Below are positions 18,811-28,479 of a DNA stretch of 64,000 nucleotides, piece after piece. Each line of letters begins with the position of its first letter. Position 1 is the first letter of the stretch. Position numbers and translations under genes: made by a program. The notes under the pieces were generated by a model. That model did no database searches and had not been told where the DNA came from. It saw only the letters and a program-made list of their open reading frames with translations. The stretch lies in IMG/VR virus record IMGVR_UViG_3300029969_000011; one strand, 5' to 3'. The stretch is from a virus. Taxonomy: Duplodnaviria > Heunggongvirae > Uroviricota > Caudoviricetes.

Positions 18811-21800
18811 ATGAGCTTAAATGATATACCTCGTTTTGATACCCACTCTCATAGTGAGTATAGTAATATTCGTTTAATTGACTCAATCAATAAGATACCA
18901 GATATGATTAAGACAGCACATCGTCTTGGAATGAAGGGTATTGCATTGACTGACCACGAATGTGTCAGCGGTCATTTAAAGTGGTTACAGACAGAAAAGA
19001 AGTTAAAAGAAAAGGGAGAGATACCCGAAGATTTCAAGTGTGCGTGCGGTAATGAGATTTATCTCGTTGATGACAGAGCAAACATTGAAAGATACTGGCA
19101 CTATATCTTAATTGCGAAAAATGCAGATGGACATAAGGCAATCAGAGAATTAAGTTCTACCGCTTGGTATCACAGTTTTACCTCTCGCGGCATGACAAGA
19201 GTTCCGACAGAAAAGAAAGAACTTGAAGCAATAGTTAAGAAGTATCCTCATTCTCTTATTGCAACAACTGCTTGTATTGGTGGACAGCTTGGAGGAAGAG
19301 TTCTTCAATTAGTAAAAGCTGAAGACCACGGCGATATGGAAGAAATTATCCGTTGTAAGCAGGATATAGATGCCTTCATTAGATGGAATCTTGAACTATT
19401 CGGTGATGATTTCTACATTGAGGTTGCTGCCGGTCAATCAAAAGACCAGATTAGATTTAATAAGAGAATTGCCTCAATAGCTAATAATTATTTGGTAAGA
19501 ATGGTAATCGGTTCAGACGCACACTATCTTACTGCGGCAGAACGTCCTCTTCACAAGGCTTATCTTAATTCAAAGGAAGGCGACCGTGAGGTTGATGAGT
19601 TCTACTTTGATGCTCATATGATGGATAATGAAGAAGCCTTTGGAAATCTTCAAGTTGCTTTCTCAGAGGAAGACTTTGGTCAAATGTGCGTAAACTCAAT
19701 GGAGATTTACGATAAGATTGAGCCATTCAGTCTTGAACATACATCAATTATTCCAGAGGTTGAGGTAAGAGATTATCCACAAATCTTCTCTCCTTATGGA
19801 GATAAATATCCAGTAATAAATGGATTATTTATGAGTAATGACATTCAAGAAAGATATTGGATAAATGAGTGTATACAGGCGCTTATTAATAAGCGTTTAA
19901 TCACAGAGCCGGAATATCTTGAAAGACTTGAAATAGAAGCTGATGTTATTAAGACAATCGGTGAAAAGCTTAATGATTGTTTGTTTAAATACTTTAATAC
20001 CTTCCAGCATTTCATTAACTTGTTCTGGGATTGCGGTTCAATCGTAGGTCCTGGACGTGGTTCAGCAGTATGTTTCCTTTCAAACTACTTACTCGGTATC
20101 ACTCAGCTTGACCCATTAAAGTGGGGACTTAAGTATTGGCGTTTCCTTAATAAAGAACGTGTTGAGTTACCTGATATTGATATTGACCTTTCTCCTTCAA
20201 AGCGTAAGAAAATCTTTGAAGCAATCCGTAAAGAACGTGGTGAGTTAAACGTTATTCAAGTTTGTACTTTCGGTACAGAAGGAACCCGTTCAGCGATTGC
20301 CGCGGCAGGACGTGGTTATCGTTCAGAAGCATATCCTAATGGACTTGAAGTTGAAACTACTCAATATCTTAGTGGTCTTATTCCACAAGAACGTGGCTTC
20401 TTATGGTCAATTCACGATGTCGTTTATGGTAATCCTGAGAAGGGTAGAGCTCCTATTGGAGCATTTATCGCTGAAGTAGAGAAGTACCCTGGTCTTCTTG
20501 AGATTATTGAGTCAATTGAAGGACTTGTAAATAAAAGAGGTCAGCACGCTTCTGGTGTTATTCTTTATAACACAAATCCTTGCGATACTGGTGCGATAAT
20601 GAGAAGTCCTAACGGAGACCTTACAACTCAGTTCTCACTTCACGAAGCTGAGGCAATGGGCGACGTTAAATATGACTTCCTTGTAACTGAAATTTGTGAT
20701 AAGATAACAACTTGTATCGAACTTATGCAGAAGGACGGTATTGTTGAAAAAGACTTATCATTAAGAAATATTTATGACAAGTATCTCCACCCATCTGTAT
20801 TAAATCTTGAAGATAAGAGAATGTGGGACGCTCTTGGACAGGGAACTGTTCTTGATGTATTCCAGTTCAGTACAGGTGTTGGTCTTGCAACTGCAAAGCA
20901 GGTTAAGCCTCAGAATCCAACCGAAATGACTTCAGCAAATGCGATAATGAGACTTATGGGAGAAAGAGGAAAAGAAAGACCACTTGATAGATATTGCCGT
21001 CTTAAGGAGGATATTGGTCAGTGGTATAAAGAAGCAAGAGATAGAGGACTTAGCGAAGACGAAATAAAAATCCTTGAACCATACTACTTGCCTCGTTTTG
21101 GCGTTCCTGCACTTCAAGAAGACCTAATGGAGATTTGTATGGACGACAAGATTGCACACTTCTCATTAAAAGAAGCTAACGCGGCACGTAAAACTGTTGC
21201 GAAAAAGCATATGGAAGAAATTCCTGCACTCCACGATAAGTTCGTTGATGCTTGTCCGAATAAGAATTTCGGTGATTACGTTTGGGAAACTACAATGGGT
21301 CCTCAGATGGGTTACTCATTCTCACTTCCTCACTCACTTGCATATTCATTCGTTGGTATTCAAACATTATACTTAGCAACAAATTATCCCGCTATCTATT
21401 GGAACTGTGCTTGCTTAATTGTTAATGCCGGCGGTGCAGATTTGTTAGATACAGACGACGTTGATACAGATGCTGAAGAGACAGACACAACAGTCAAGAA
21501 GAATAAGAGCGTAAACTATGGTAAAATAAGTGCCGCCATAGGAGATTCTAAGACACGAGGAATTACTGTATTGCCGCCAGATATAAATGAGTCAGACTTA
21601 ATCTTCAAGCCTGAGTTAAAGCGTAATGCTATCATCTATGGTATGAAGGGAATTAATCGTATAGGCACAAAACTCGTTTATGAGATTTTCAATAATCGTC
21701 CTTACACAAGCATTGAAGATTTCTTATCAAAGGTTAAGGTAAATAAGCTGCAAATGTTCTCACTTATAAAGGCGGGAGCTTTCGATGAACTTTGCGGAGA

Positions 21801-22731
21801 CAGAGTCGAAGCAATGACTAACTACATTAATGGTATAGCAGACCAGAAGAAGAGAATAACTCTACAGAATATGCAGATGCTTATAGCTCAGAATATGATA
21901 CCAGCAGAATTAGACTTTGAAAAGAGATTATTCAATTTCAACAAGTATATCAAGGTTTCTAAGGACGGAACTTACTACTATCTTGATGAAATTGCGATGC
22001 CATTCTTCGAAGCAAATTATGATACAAATAAGATAGAAGAAATCGTTGTAACAAATGACGGTCCGAAGGGCAAGATTAAAATGACTACTTGGGAGTCAAT
22101 CTATAAGAAAGGTATGGACCCAGTAAGAGATTGGATGAAGAAGAATCAGCAGGACATTCTTAATGAACTTAATCGCCGCCTTGTTCAAGAGGTATGGGAT
22201 AAGTATGGTAAGGGTTCAGTAGCTGATTGGGAAATGGATAGCTTAGGCTTCTACTACCACGACCATCCACTTGCTAATTTAAAGGACGATATATATAGTA
22301 TCGCTGATTTTAACGACCTTTCTCCTGAGCCAGAAGTAGACCGTTGCTTTACTACAAAAGACGGTTCAGAGATTAAGATGTTCAAGATATATCGTATCGC
22401 AGGAACAGTAATTGATAAGGATAAGAATAAGAGTTCAGTAATGTTATTAACTCCGTCCGGTGTTGTAACTGTTAAGGTTTGGAAGAACCAGTTCGCTGCT
22501 TGGGATAAGCAAATTTCTGAGCGCGGCGCAGATGGTGTAAAACACGTAGTTGAAAAGTCTTGGTTCAGTCGTGGTAATAAACTTATTATAACAGGCATAA
22601 GACGTGATGACACATTCATTCCAAAGAAGTATAAGAATACTGAATTTGATATATTCGAGAAGATAATCAAAATGGACGAGAAAGGATTTATCTTAGAGTC
22701 ATTAACTGAAAGACCAGAGGTAGATGAATAA
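18811..22731 (+). CDS. dnaE: DNA polymerase III alpha subunit (DnaE-type, PHP domain)
   Basis: PHP HSHSEYS, LTDHE, SDAHY; palm GPGRGSA, PDIDID, GQHASGV, KYDFL; YSFSLPHSLAY; C-terminal OB fold; 1306 aa with no TAG. Confidence 0.95.
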   Translation: MSLNDIPRFDTHSHSEYSNIRLIDSINKIPDMIKTAHRLGMKGIALTDHECVSGHLKWLQTEKKLKEKGEIPEDFKCACGNEIYLVDDRANIERYWHYILIAKNADGHKAIRELSSTAWYHSFTSRGMTRVPTEKKELEAIVKKYPHSLIATTACIGGQLGGRVLQLVKAEDHGDMEEIIRCKQDIDAFIRWNLELFGDDFYIEVAAGQSKDQIRFNKRIASIANNYLVRMVIGSDAHYLTAAERPLHKAYLNSKEGDREVDEFYFDAHMMDNEEAFGNLQVAFSEEDFGQMCVNSMEIYDKIEPFSLEHTSIIPEVEVRDYPQIFSPYGDKYPVINGLFMSNDIQERYWINECIQALINKRLITEPEYLERLEIEADVIKTIGEKLNDCLFKYFNTFQHFINLFWDCGSIVGPGRGSAVCFLSNYLLGITQLDPLKWGLKYWRFLNKERVELPDIDIDLSPSKRKKIFEAIRKERGELNVIQVCTFGTEGTRSAIAAAGRGYRSEAYPNGLEVETTQYLSGLIPQERGFLWSIHDVVYGNPEKGRAPIGAFIAEVEKYPGLLEIIESIEGLVNKRGQHASGVILYNTNPCDTGAIMRSPNGDLTTQFSLHEAEAMGDVKYDFLVTEICDKITTCIELMQKDGIVEKDLSLRNIYDKYLHPSVLNLEDKRMWDALGQGTVLDVFQFSTGVGLATAKQVKPQNPTEMTSANAIMRLMGERGKERPLDRYCRLKEDIGQWYKEARDRGLSEDEIKILEPYYLPRFGVPALQEDLMEICMDDKIAHFSLKEANAARKTVAKKHMEEIPALHDKFVDACPNKNFGDYVWETTMGPQMGYSFSLPHSLAYSFVGIQTLYLATNYPAIYWNCACLIVNAGGADLLDTDDVDTDAEETDTTVKKNKSVNYGKISAAIGDSKTRGITVLPPDINESDLIFKPELKRNAIIYGMKGINRIGTKLVYEIFNNRPYTSIEDFLSKVKVNKLQMFSLIKAGAFDELCGDRVEAMTNYINGIADQKKRITLQNMQMLIAQNMIPAELDFEKRLFNFNKYIKVSKDGTYYYLDEIAMPFFEANYDTNKIEEIVVTNDGPKGKIKMTTWESIYKKGMDPVRDWMKKNQQDILNELNRRLVQEVWDKYGKGSVADWEMDSLGFYYHDHPLANLKDDIYSIADFNDLSPEPEVDRCFTTKDGSEIKMFKIYRIAGTVIDKDKNKSSVMLLTPSGVVTVKVWKNQFAAWDKQISERGADGVKHVVEKSWFSRGNKLIITGIRRDDTFIPKKYKNTEFDIFEKIIKMDEKGFILESLTERPEVDE

Positions 22732-23678
22732 TGATTATCGGTTTATATGATATAGATTTGTGGCACCGTGGACGTGCGGTGCCCAATCTTGAATTAATGC
22801 AATACTACGCCTATTATCATAAAAGAAATGATAGAGTAGTTTTGATGAAGCCAACTGATGAAGAAAGTCAGTTTGCAAAGATAATTTATTTCAAAGAAAA
22901 CCCTAATGTACTACTTCCAAAGACTTTATAGGTTTTCGGAGATAATAAAGAATTTACTGGATATGGCTTTTATAAGAAAAATGAAAAGCTTCCACCAGAG
23001 ATTGAAGTGCCGCCTTCCTATGTTCCATATGACCCTTGGGTTAATAAACTTGGAATTTCTGCGGCAGAGTTTGAAAAAATGAAACATAATAGCTATGTAA
23101 GAATTGAAACAGAAAACTTCGTAGACTTTAAGAAAGATGCAATGCACATTTATATAGCAGATAAAGACCCTCTCAATGTGAAAGGAGCTCTCGATTTTAT
23201 TGATGAACATAAGAATAAACGTTTCAACTTTTTACACACGCCAATCTTAAATGATGAAGCAACTGCTTTGAGCTTTATGCGTTATCGAGCACTTTTTAAT
23301 AAGAACTGTGTGATTAATTTCCACTGTTCTGAAGATTTCTTCTGTGATTATTATGAGTCAGTTATTTTCAAACTGGATAAATTTGATAAAGAAACTGAAG
23401 AACAATATCAAAAGAGAATTGCTAAAATGGCGATTTGGTATAAAGGTCATAATGCCGCATTGAGATTTCCTTATAACGTAAAATACTCGCCGTTTACCGA
23501 GAAGATTATTATTTGGGCAAAAGATAATAGTGCTAAGGATTCATTCGCAACATTTTACCAATCTTCTAAGATAACTCAAAAAGAACTCGCCACCCTACCA
23601 TCTGGATTGAGATTACTTCTCAAACAAAATCCTAAAACGGCAACACGTCAAAGTCTTGACTTAAAATCATCTTTATGA
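22731..23678 (+). CDS. Hypothetical protein (315 aa, TAG at codon 67) with an N-terminus like phage radical-SAM-associated proteins
   Basis: IIGLYDID...PNLELMQYYAYYHKRNDRV; joins two track ORFs through TAG 22929. Confidence 0.6.
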
Positions 23679-23684
23679 TATAAT
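23656..23684 (+). promoter_or_regulatory. sigmaA-type promoter
   Basis: TTGACT-N17-TATAAT with extended TG, preceded by GTCAA forming a palindrome. Confidence 0.8.
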
Positions 23685-23712
23685 TAATTATAAAAGTAAG
23701 GAGGAGATACTA

Positions 23713-23895
23713 ATGGAAAAGAGAGAAGAATATGCAAAAGTTTGCTTTGAACTCAGAGAACGCCAAGACGAACTTTTAAAGTTCGATGTAAGCACTTTCG
23801 TTCTTAACCCAGAGATTAACACTCTTATAGATGAAATAGCTGAGTTGGAAGTGATAAAGGCAAATCTTGAAAAAGAATTAGGAGGAGCAAAGTGA
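23713..23895 (+). CDS. Small coiled-coil protein (60 aa)
   Basis: AGGAGGAG RBS. Confidence 0.6.
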   Translation: MEKREEYAKVCFELRERQDELLKFDVSTFVLNPEINTLIDEIAELEVIKANLEKELGGAK

Positions 23896-24626
23896 TGGAA
23901 AAAATTAATGTAGATATTTTCAATGAAGATGGTTCTTTAAAGAGCAAAGAAGATTTCCTCAAGACCTTTGATAAGGCTTATGATGAAATCGCTGAGGAAA
24001 TCAAGGGTGCTGATGTTGGTCTTCCCGATACATACTTCGGAATATTAACTGACCCTGAATGTTAGATTGATGTTGAGTCTACTCTTGAAACATTTGATTT
24101 TACAGAGAGAACAATATATTTGACAGAGGAAATTAAGCCCGAACTTGCAGTTAGTATTTTTGAGATAATCCGCTTCTGGAATAAGGTTGATAAAGAAGAC
24201 GAAATTCCAATCGAGGAAAGAGAGCCAATTAAGATATACATTAATACTCCTGGCGGCGACCTTGATGGCGTACTAAGTATTATTAGTGCAATTCAAGCGT
24301 CTGTAACTCCTGTATATACTTACAATATAGGTACAGCCTATAGTGGTGGTTTCTTTATCTGTATCGCAGGTCATAAGAGATTCGCTTTAACACACACTTC
24401 ATTTATGTTCCATGAAGGTGCGGCAATGGACGGTGGAGATGCTCACAAGTTCTTCCAGCACGTTGATTTCTACAGATATCAGCTTACAAGACTTAAAGCT
24501 CACGTCCTCAATAAAACAAACATTACCAGTGATGTTTATGAGGAACATAAGAAAGACGACTGGTTTATGGACCAGGACGACGCTAAGAAATTTGGCGTTA
24601 TTGATGAAATTATAGAAAAGCTTTAA
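23895..24626 (+). CDS. clpP: ClpP-like serine protease, 243 aa, TAG at codon 57
   Basis: IKIYINTPGG, GTAYSGG (catalytic Ser), SFMFHEG (His), DWFMDQDDAKKFGVID; ATG 23895 in frame through TAG 24063. Confidence 0.85.
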
Positions 24627-24640
24627 GGAGGAAAACATAA

Positions 24641-25432
24641 ATGAAGAAAGAAGTAAATGAAAAGCTCGAAGCGTTATTCGCATATGATACCAATAATACA
24701 CTTGACCAGTTACTTTCATTGCTCGAACTTCCCGATGAGCAGTTTGATGCACTTTATCCAAGTATTCAGTAGAAGCTCGACCTTGTTTTCGCAAGTGAAG
24801 AGTTCCAGCAGGATACATTAAAGGCTCTTAAACTTACAGGTCACGGTTCTATTGAGGAAGAGAGGGCTGCGGCACTTGAAGTAATTGATGAGATTTCAGC
24901 AGATGACACACTTTCTCGTTCAAAGAGGGATTTCCTTACATCTCTTATCGAAGGTTCAGTTGTATCAATCATAAATCTTATCGAGGTCCCAAGAGAGCGC
25001 GTTAAGGTTCAGATTAAAAAGCTTAGCGAGGATGCTGTTATTCCTCAGTATGCACATAAGACTGATGCTGGCGCAGATGTTTATGCAATAGAAGATGTTA
25101 CACTTAAACCACATGAGACACAGCTTATTAAGACTGGTATCTCAGTTGCAATTCCTGTTGGATATGAGATTCAGGTTCGTCCTCGTTCAGGACTTAGTCT
25201 TAAGACAGGTTTAAGAGTTGCTAATGCCCCTGGCACTATCGACTCTGATTATCGTGGTGAAGTATGTGTAATTATGACAAATACTGCTAATCTTTCTCAG
25301 ACAATTAATAAAGGCGATAAGATTGCACAGCTTGTAATCTCAGCCGTTCCGATGATTGATTGGGTTGAAGTTGACGAGCTTGACTCAACAGAGAGAGGAG
25401 AAGGCGGCTTCGGCTCAACTGACAAGAAGTGA
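24641..25432 (+). CDS. dut: Trimeric dUTPase with an ~120-aa N-terminal extension, 263 aa, TAG at codon 44
   Basis: All five motifs: DAGADVY, RPRSGL, GTIDSDYRGE, GDKIAQL, RGEGGFGST; AAGGAGG RBS. Absent from the track. Confidence 0.92.
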
Positions 25433-25438
25433 TGCCAT

Positions 25439-26176
25439 GTGGCAGGAAAGCTTAAGTATGAAGATATAAAATAGGATATAGAAAGTAGCGGTTGGCAATT
25501 ATTGTCAACCGACTACGTTAATCTGAAAACAGATTTAGAGTTGAAATGTCCTGAAGGACACTTGAACTATGTATCCTATGAGAAATGGCGCCGCGGCACG
25601 CATGAATGTCCAATTTGTAAGGAGAATAAATATTACCATACAGATAATATAGCCGTTAAAAAAACAGGTTTCAGAATACTTGCTTTTGACCAAGCTTCAA
25701 TTACATCTGGTTGGTCTGTATATGACGGAGATAAAATGATTAAATATGGGCATTGGACATCTGATGGCGCACATAGTACAGAGCGTATAGCTTAGACAAA
25801 ATAGTGGGTAGTTTCTATGATTGCTAAATGGAAACCCGATAAGGTAATTTTTGAGGATATTTAGTTATAGACATATAAGAAGAACCCACAGGAAGTCATT
25901 GAAATGGTTACAACATTTAAAAAGCTCGCTCATTTACAAGGAGTTCTTAAAAACTATTGTTATGAAAACGGCATTTTGTATAAAATCGCCGCACCTGCAA
26001 CTTGGAGACATCACTCTTAGGTAAAGGGTAACAACAGAACCGACCAAAAGAAAAGTGCTTAGCTAAGAGTTAAATCAATCTATGATATTAGTGTATCATA
26101 GGATGAGGCAGATGCTATATTAATTGGTCGCTGGGCTGCATATGATTAGAAAGCAAATGAGATAATTGAGTTCTAA
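25439..26176 (+). CDS. ruvC: RuvC-like Holliday junction resolvase with N-terminal Zn-finger, 245 aa, 9 TAG
   Basis: CPEGH...CPIC; ILAFDQASITSGWSV, IFEDIQLQ, TWR, QDEADAILIG under code 15. Confidence 0.82.
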
Positions 26177-26185
26177 GGTGATATA

Positions 26186-26563
26186 ATGATAATATAGAGA
26201 AATACTTTGCCGATATTATCAAATATCTTTTCAAGAATTTCTGATACTAAATTTGATATAAATACTTAGTATAAGCTCTTAAAAATAAAGAAAGCGATTG
26301 AAGAAGAAGAAGAACTTTATTTAACTTAGTTAGATAGACTTCAAGAATATTGCTTAAGAGATGAGAATGGAAATCTCATTAAAAATGAAGATGGCGGATA
26401 TGCAATTGATACAGAAAAAGCTCAAGAATGTGCTGATATTGTAAAAGAAATAAATTCAATTCAAATACAAATACCAGATATTCAATTCAGTCTTGATGAA
26501 CTTGCACCGCTTCAATTAACTTTTAAGGAGTTAGAAGTTCTTGACCCATTTATAAAAATATAA
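26186..26563 (+). CDS. Hypothetical phage protein (125 aa, 3 TAG)
   Basis: Open from ATG 26186 to TAA with TAG read-through; ends at the convergent terminator. Confidence 0.65.
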
Positions 26564-26599
26564 AAAGAAAGAGGTAAGATTTATCTTACCTCTTTTTTA
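26564..26599. terminator. Bidirectional intrinsic terminator between the two convergent arms
   Basis: AAAGAGGTAAGAT-tt-ATCTTACCTCTTT with A and T runs on either side, between two converging stop codons. Confidence 0.85.
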
Positions 26600-28474
26600 T
26601 TAGTATTGGGATGTAATTCCAAAATATTCTTCTATTGTAGTATTCTTTAATTTATTCGCCCATTCAGTTCCTACATAACGAACGTGCCAAGGCTCATAAA
26701 TATATCCAGTAATACTATCTTTTCCATATGGATAACGTATGATAAATCCATATTCATGACAATGCTAAGCAAGCCACGCAGATTGATTTGGATATCGAGC
26801 AACATATCCAGTTTGTGAATCTGAACTTGCTGATGTTATATCAATCGCATATCCAGTATGATGTTCTGAATAGCCTGGTCTTGCTGAATATGTATCTCTT
26901 GTACTTGAAGGATAGCTATTGTAAATAGACTACTAATCAGAATAAGAACGATAGCCGCCGGTTCCATATAGACTTCCTCCGGATACAGACATCGGCTCAT
27001 TACGAATATTATGCTAACTTGCATAAGCTTCCCATCCAGCTTTAAGACTATTATATGCTGCAATTGTTTCACTTCTTAATCCACCGACAGCAGAAATCGC
27101 CGCCTAAGTCATTGGATAGGATTTATTGACAACAATCAATCCATCGAAATAATGACAGCCGCCCCTCTCTTCATGAGTATGAGTCTCTTCATTTGGAATA
27201 ACAGCAGGATTTGGCTCTCTTCTTGTCTAATCCATATCCCAGTTGGTAGTAAATATCGTATAATACAATCCAGGTAAGAACTCTACAACTGTAGCCAAAT
27301 TAATAATCGTAGCTTCACCTGGCACTGGAGTAGGTCCACTATGATTATTCTAAAATGGACAAGCCTAAAAACCTTCTATAGTATGTGCCTAAGTTAAACC
27401 ATAAGCAGGTCCATATCTAATGTTTTTATAAATTGTCTGTGCTTTTTCTAAATCCCAGTCAGATTTCTACTAAGACTCAGTAATAACATTATATGAGCCC
27501 CATCCTCTTTCTTGCCACCAACGGCAAAATGTTTCCAAAGTTGAACCCTCAGCTCTATAATTATAGGCAGTCTGGTAATCAGTTGGAGAACGATATAATA
27601 TAGTTGCTCTCAATAATTTAGCATATGAGATACCTTCTTCTCCCTCTCCAAATTCGTGAGTACATATTAAATAAGCCATCTTTAGTCCTGGGTTAGTACT
27701 TAAAGTAGTTAAAGAATCTGGATAAGCTCCCATAAAGGCCTCAGACATTGATAATGAACCATATGAATCGCCATACTCAGGTACCATTGTTCCTCCCATT
27801 GCATTATTGCAAGAAGTTGGGTCATACTCAATACCACCAGGAGGCGGCGTATCAGAGTCACCCTGAATTTTAATATATACTGGTTCCTAACTAAAAATAG
27901 CATATCCAAGTCTATCTCCAACAGCTTGACCTGCACAAGTTTTACTGCTGTATTCTGCATATGCCGCGGTACCAGTTCTTATTAATGGTTTAATATCAAG
28001 ATGTAAATGAACATACTATCCAACAGGACCATCGAACCATTCACTTCCTTCTGTATGTCCGCTACAACCCATACCACCAATAAGCTATCCTTTTTTAACT
28101 TTATCACCTATGTGCAAAGTAGGGAACTAAGGGTATTCAGATGGATTTACAAGATGACAATGATATATAATTAAATCTCCATCCAGAATCCCACTTGACT
28201 AAGATAATGTATTTTCAGCTAAAATAGTAATATCATTACCACCAGCATAACTTGTATCATATTGAGTAGAGCCATGATTATAATGGACATTTGTGACTTC
28301 TCCATCACACATGGCGTATATTGGAGTACCAAGTCTATCTCTATAATTATCTGAAGTAGCTATATCCAATGGAGTATAACCATGTCCACTATATGTTGTT
28401 ATAAATCCAGTTGCCTTTGGGGCATTTAACCCCAAAGGATGGACAAAATATTGATTTAAATCTATTTCAGACAT
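26600..28474 (-). CDS. Peptidoglycan hydrolase: N-terminal M23 peptidase + C-terminal VanY-like (M15B) peptidase, 624 aa, about 16 TAG
   Basis: M23: GHGYTPLDIA (HxxxD), GTPIYAMCDG, HLHL. VanY: YRSYSDQQSIY, SARPGYSEHHTGYAID, YGFIIRYP, YEPWHVRYVG, IEEYFG. One frame from 28474 to TAA 26600. Confidence 0.85.
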
Positions 28475-28479
28475 TCATA

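Noticed and set aside
18811-22731. Intein in DnaE, helicase or GyrB
   Set aside because: Lengths are near canonical and I saw no intein boundary or LAGLIDADG motifs.
26600-27100. VanY domain as a vancomycin-resistance gene
   Set aside because: No vanH/A/X/R/S context; the domain is fused to M23 in a phage tail/lysis operon.
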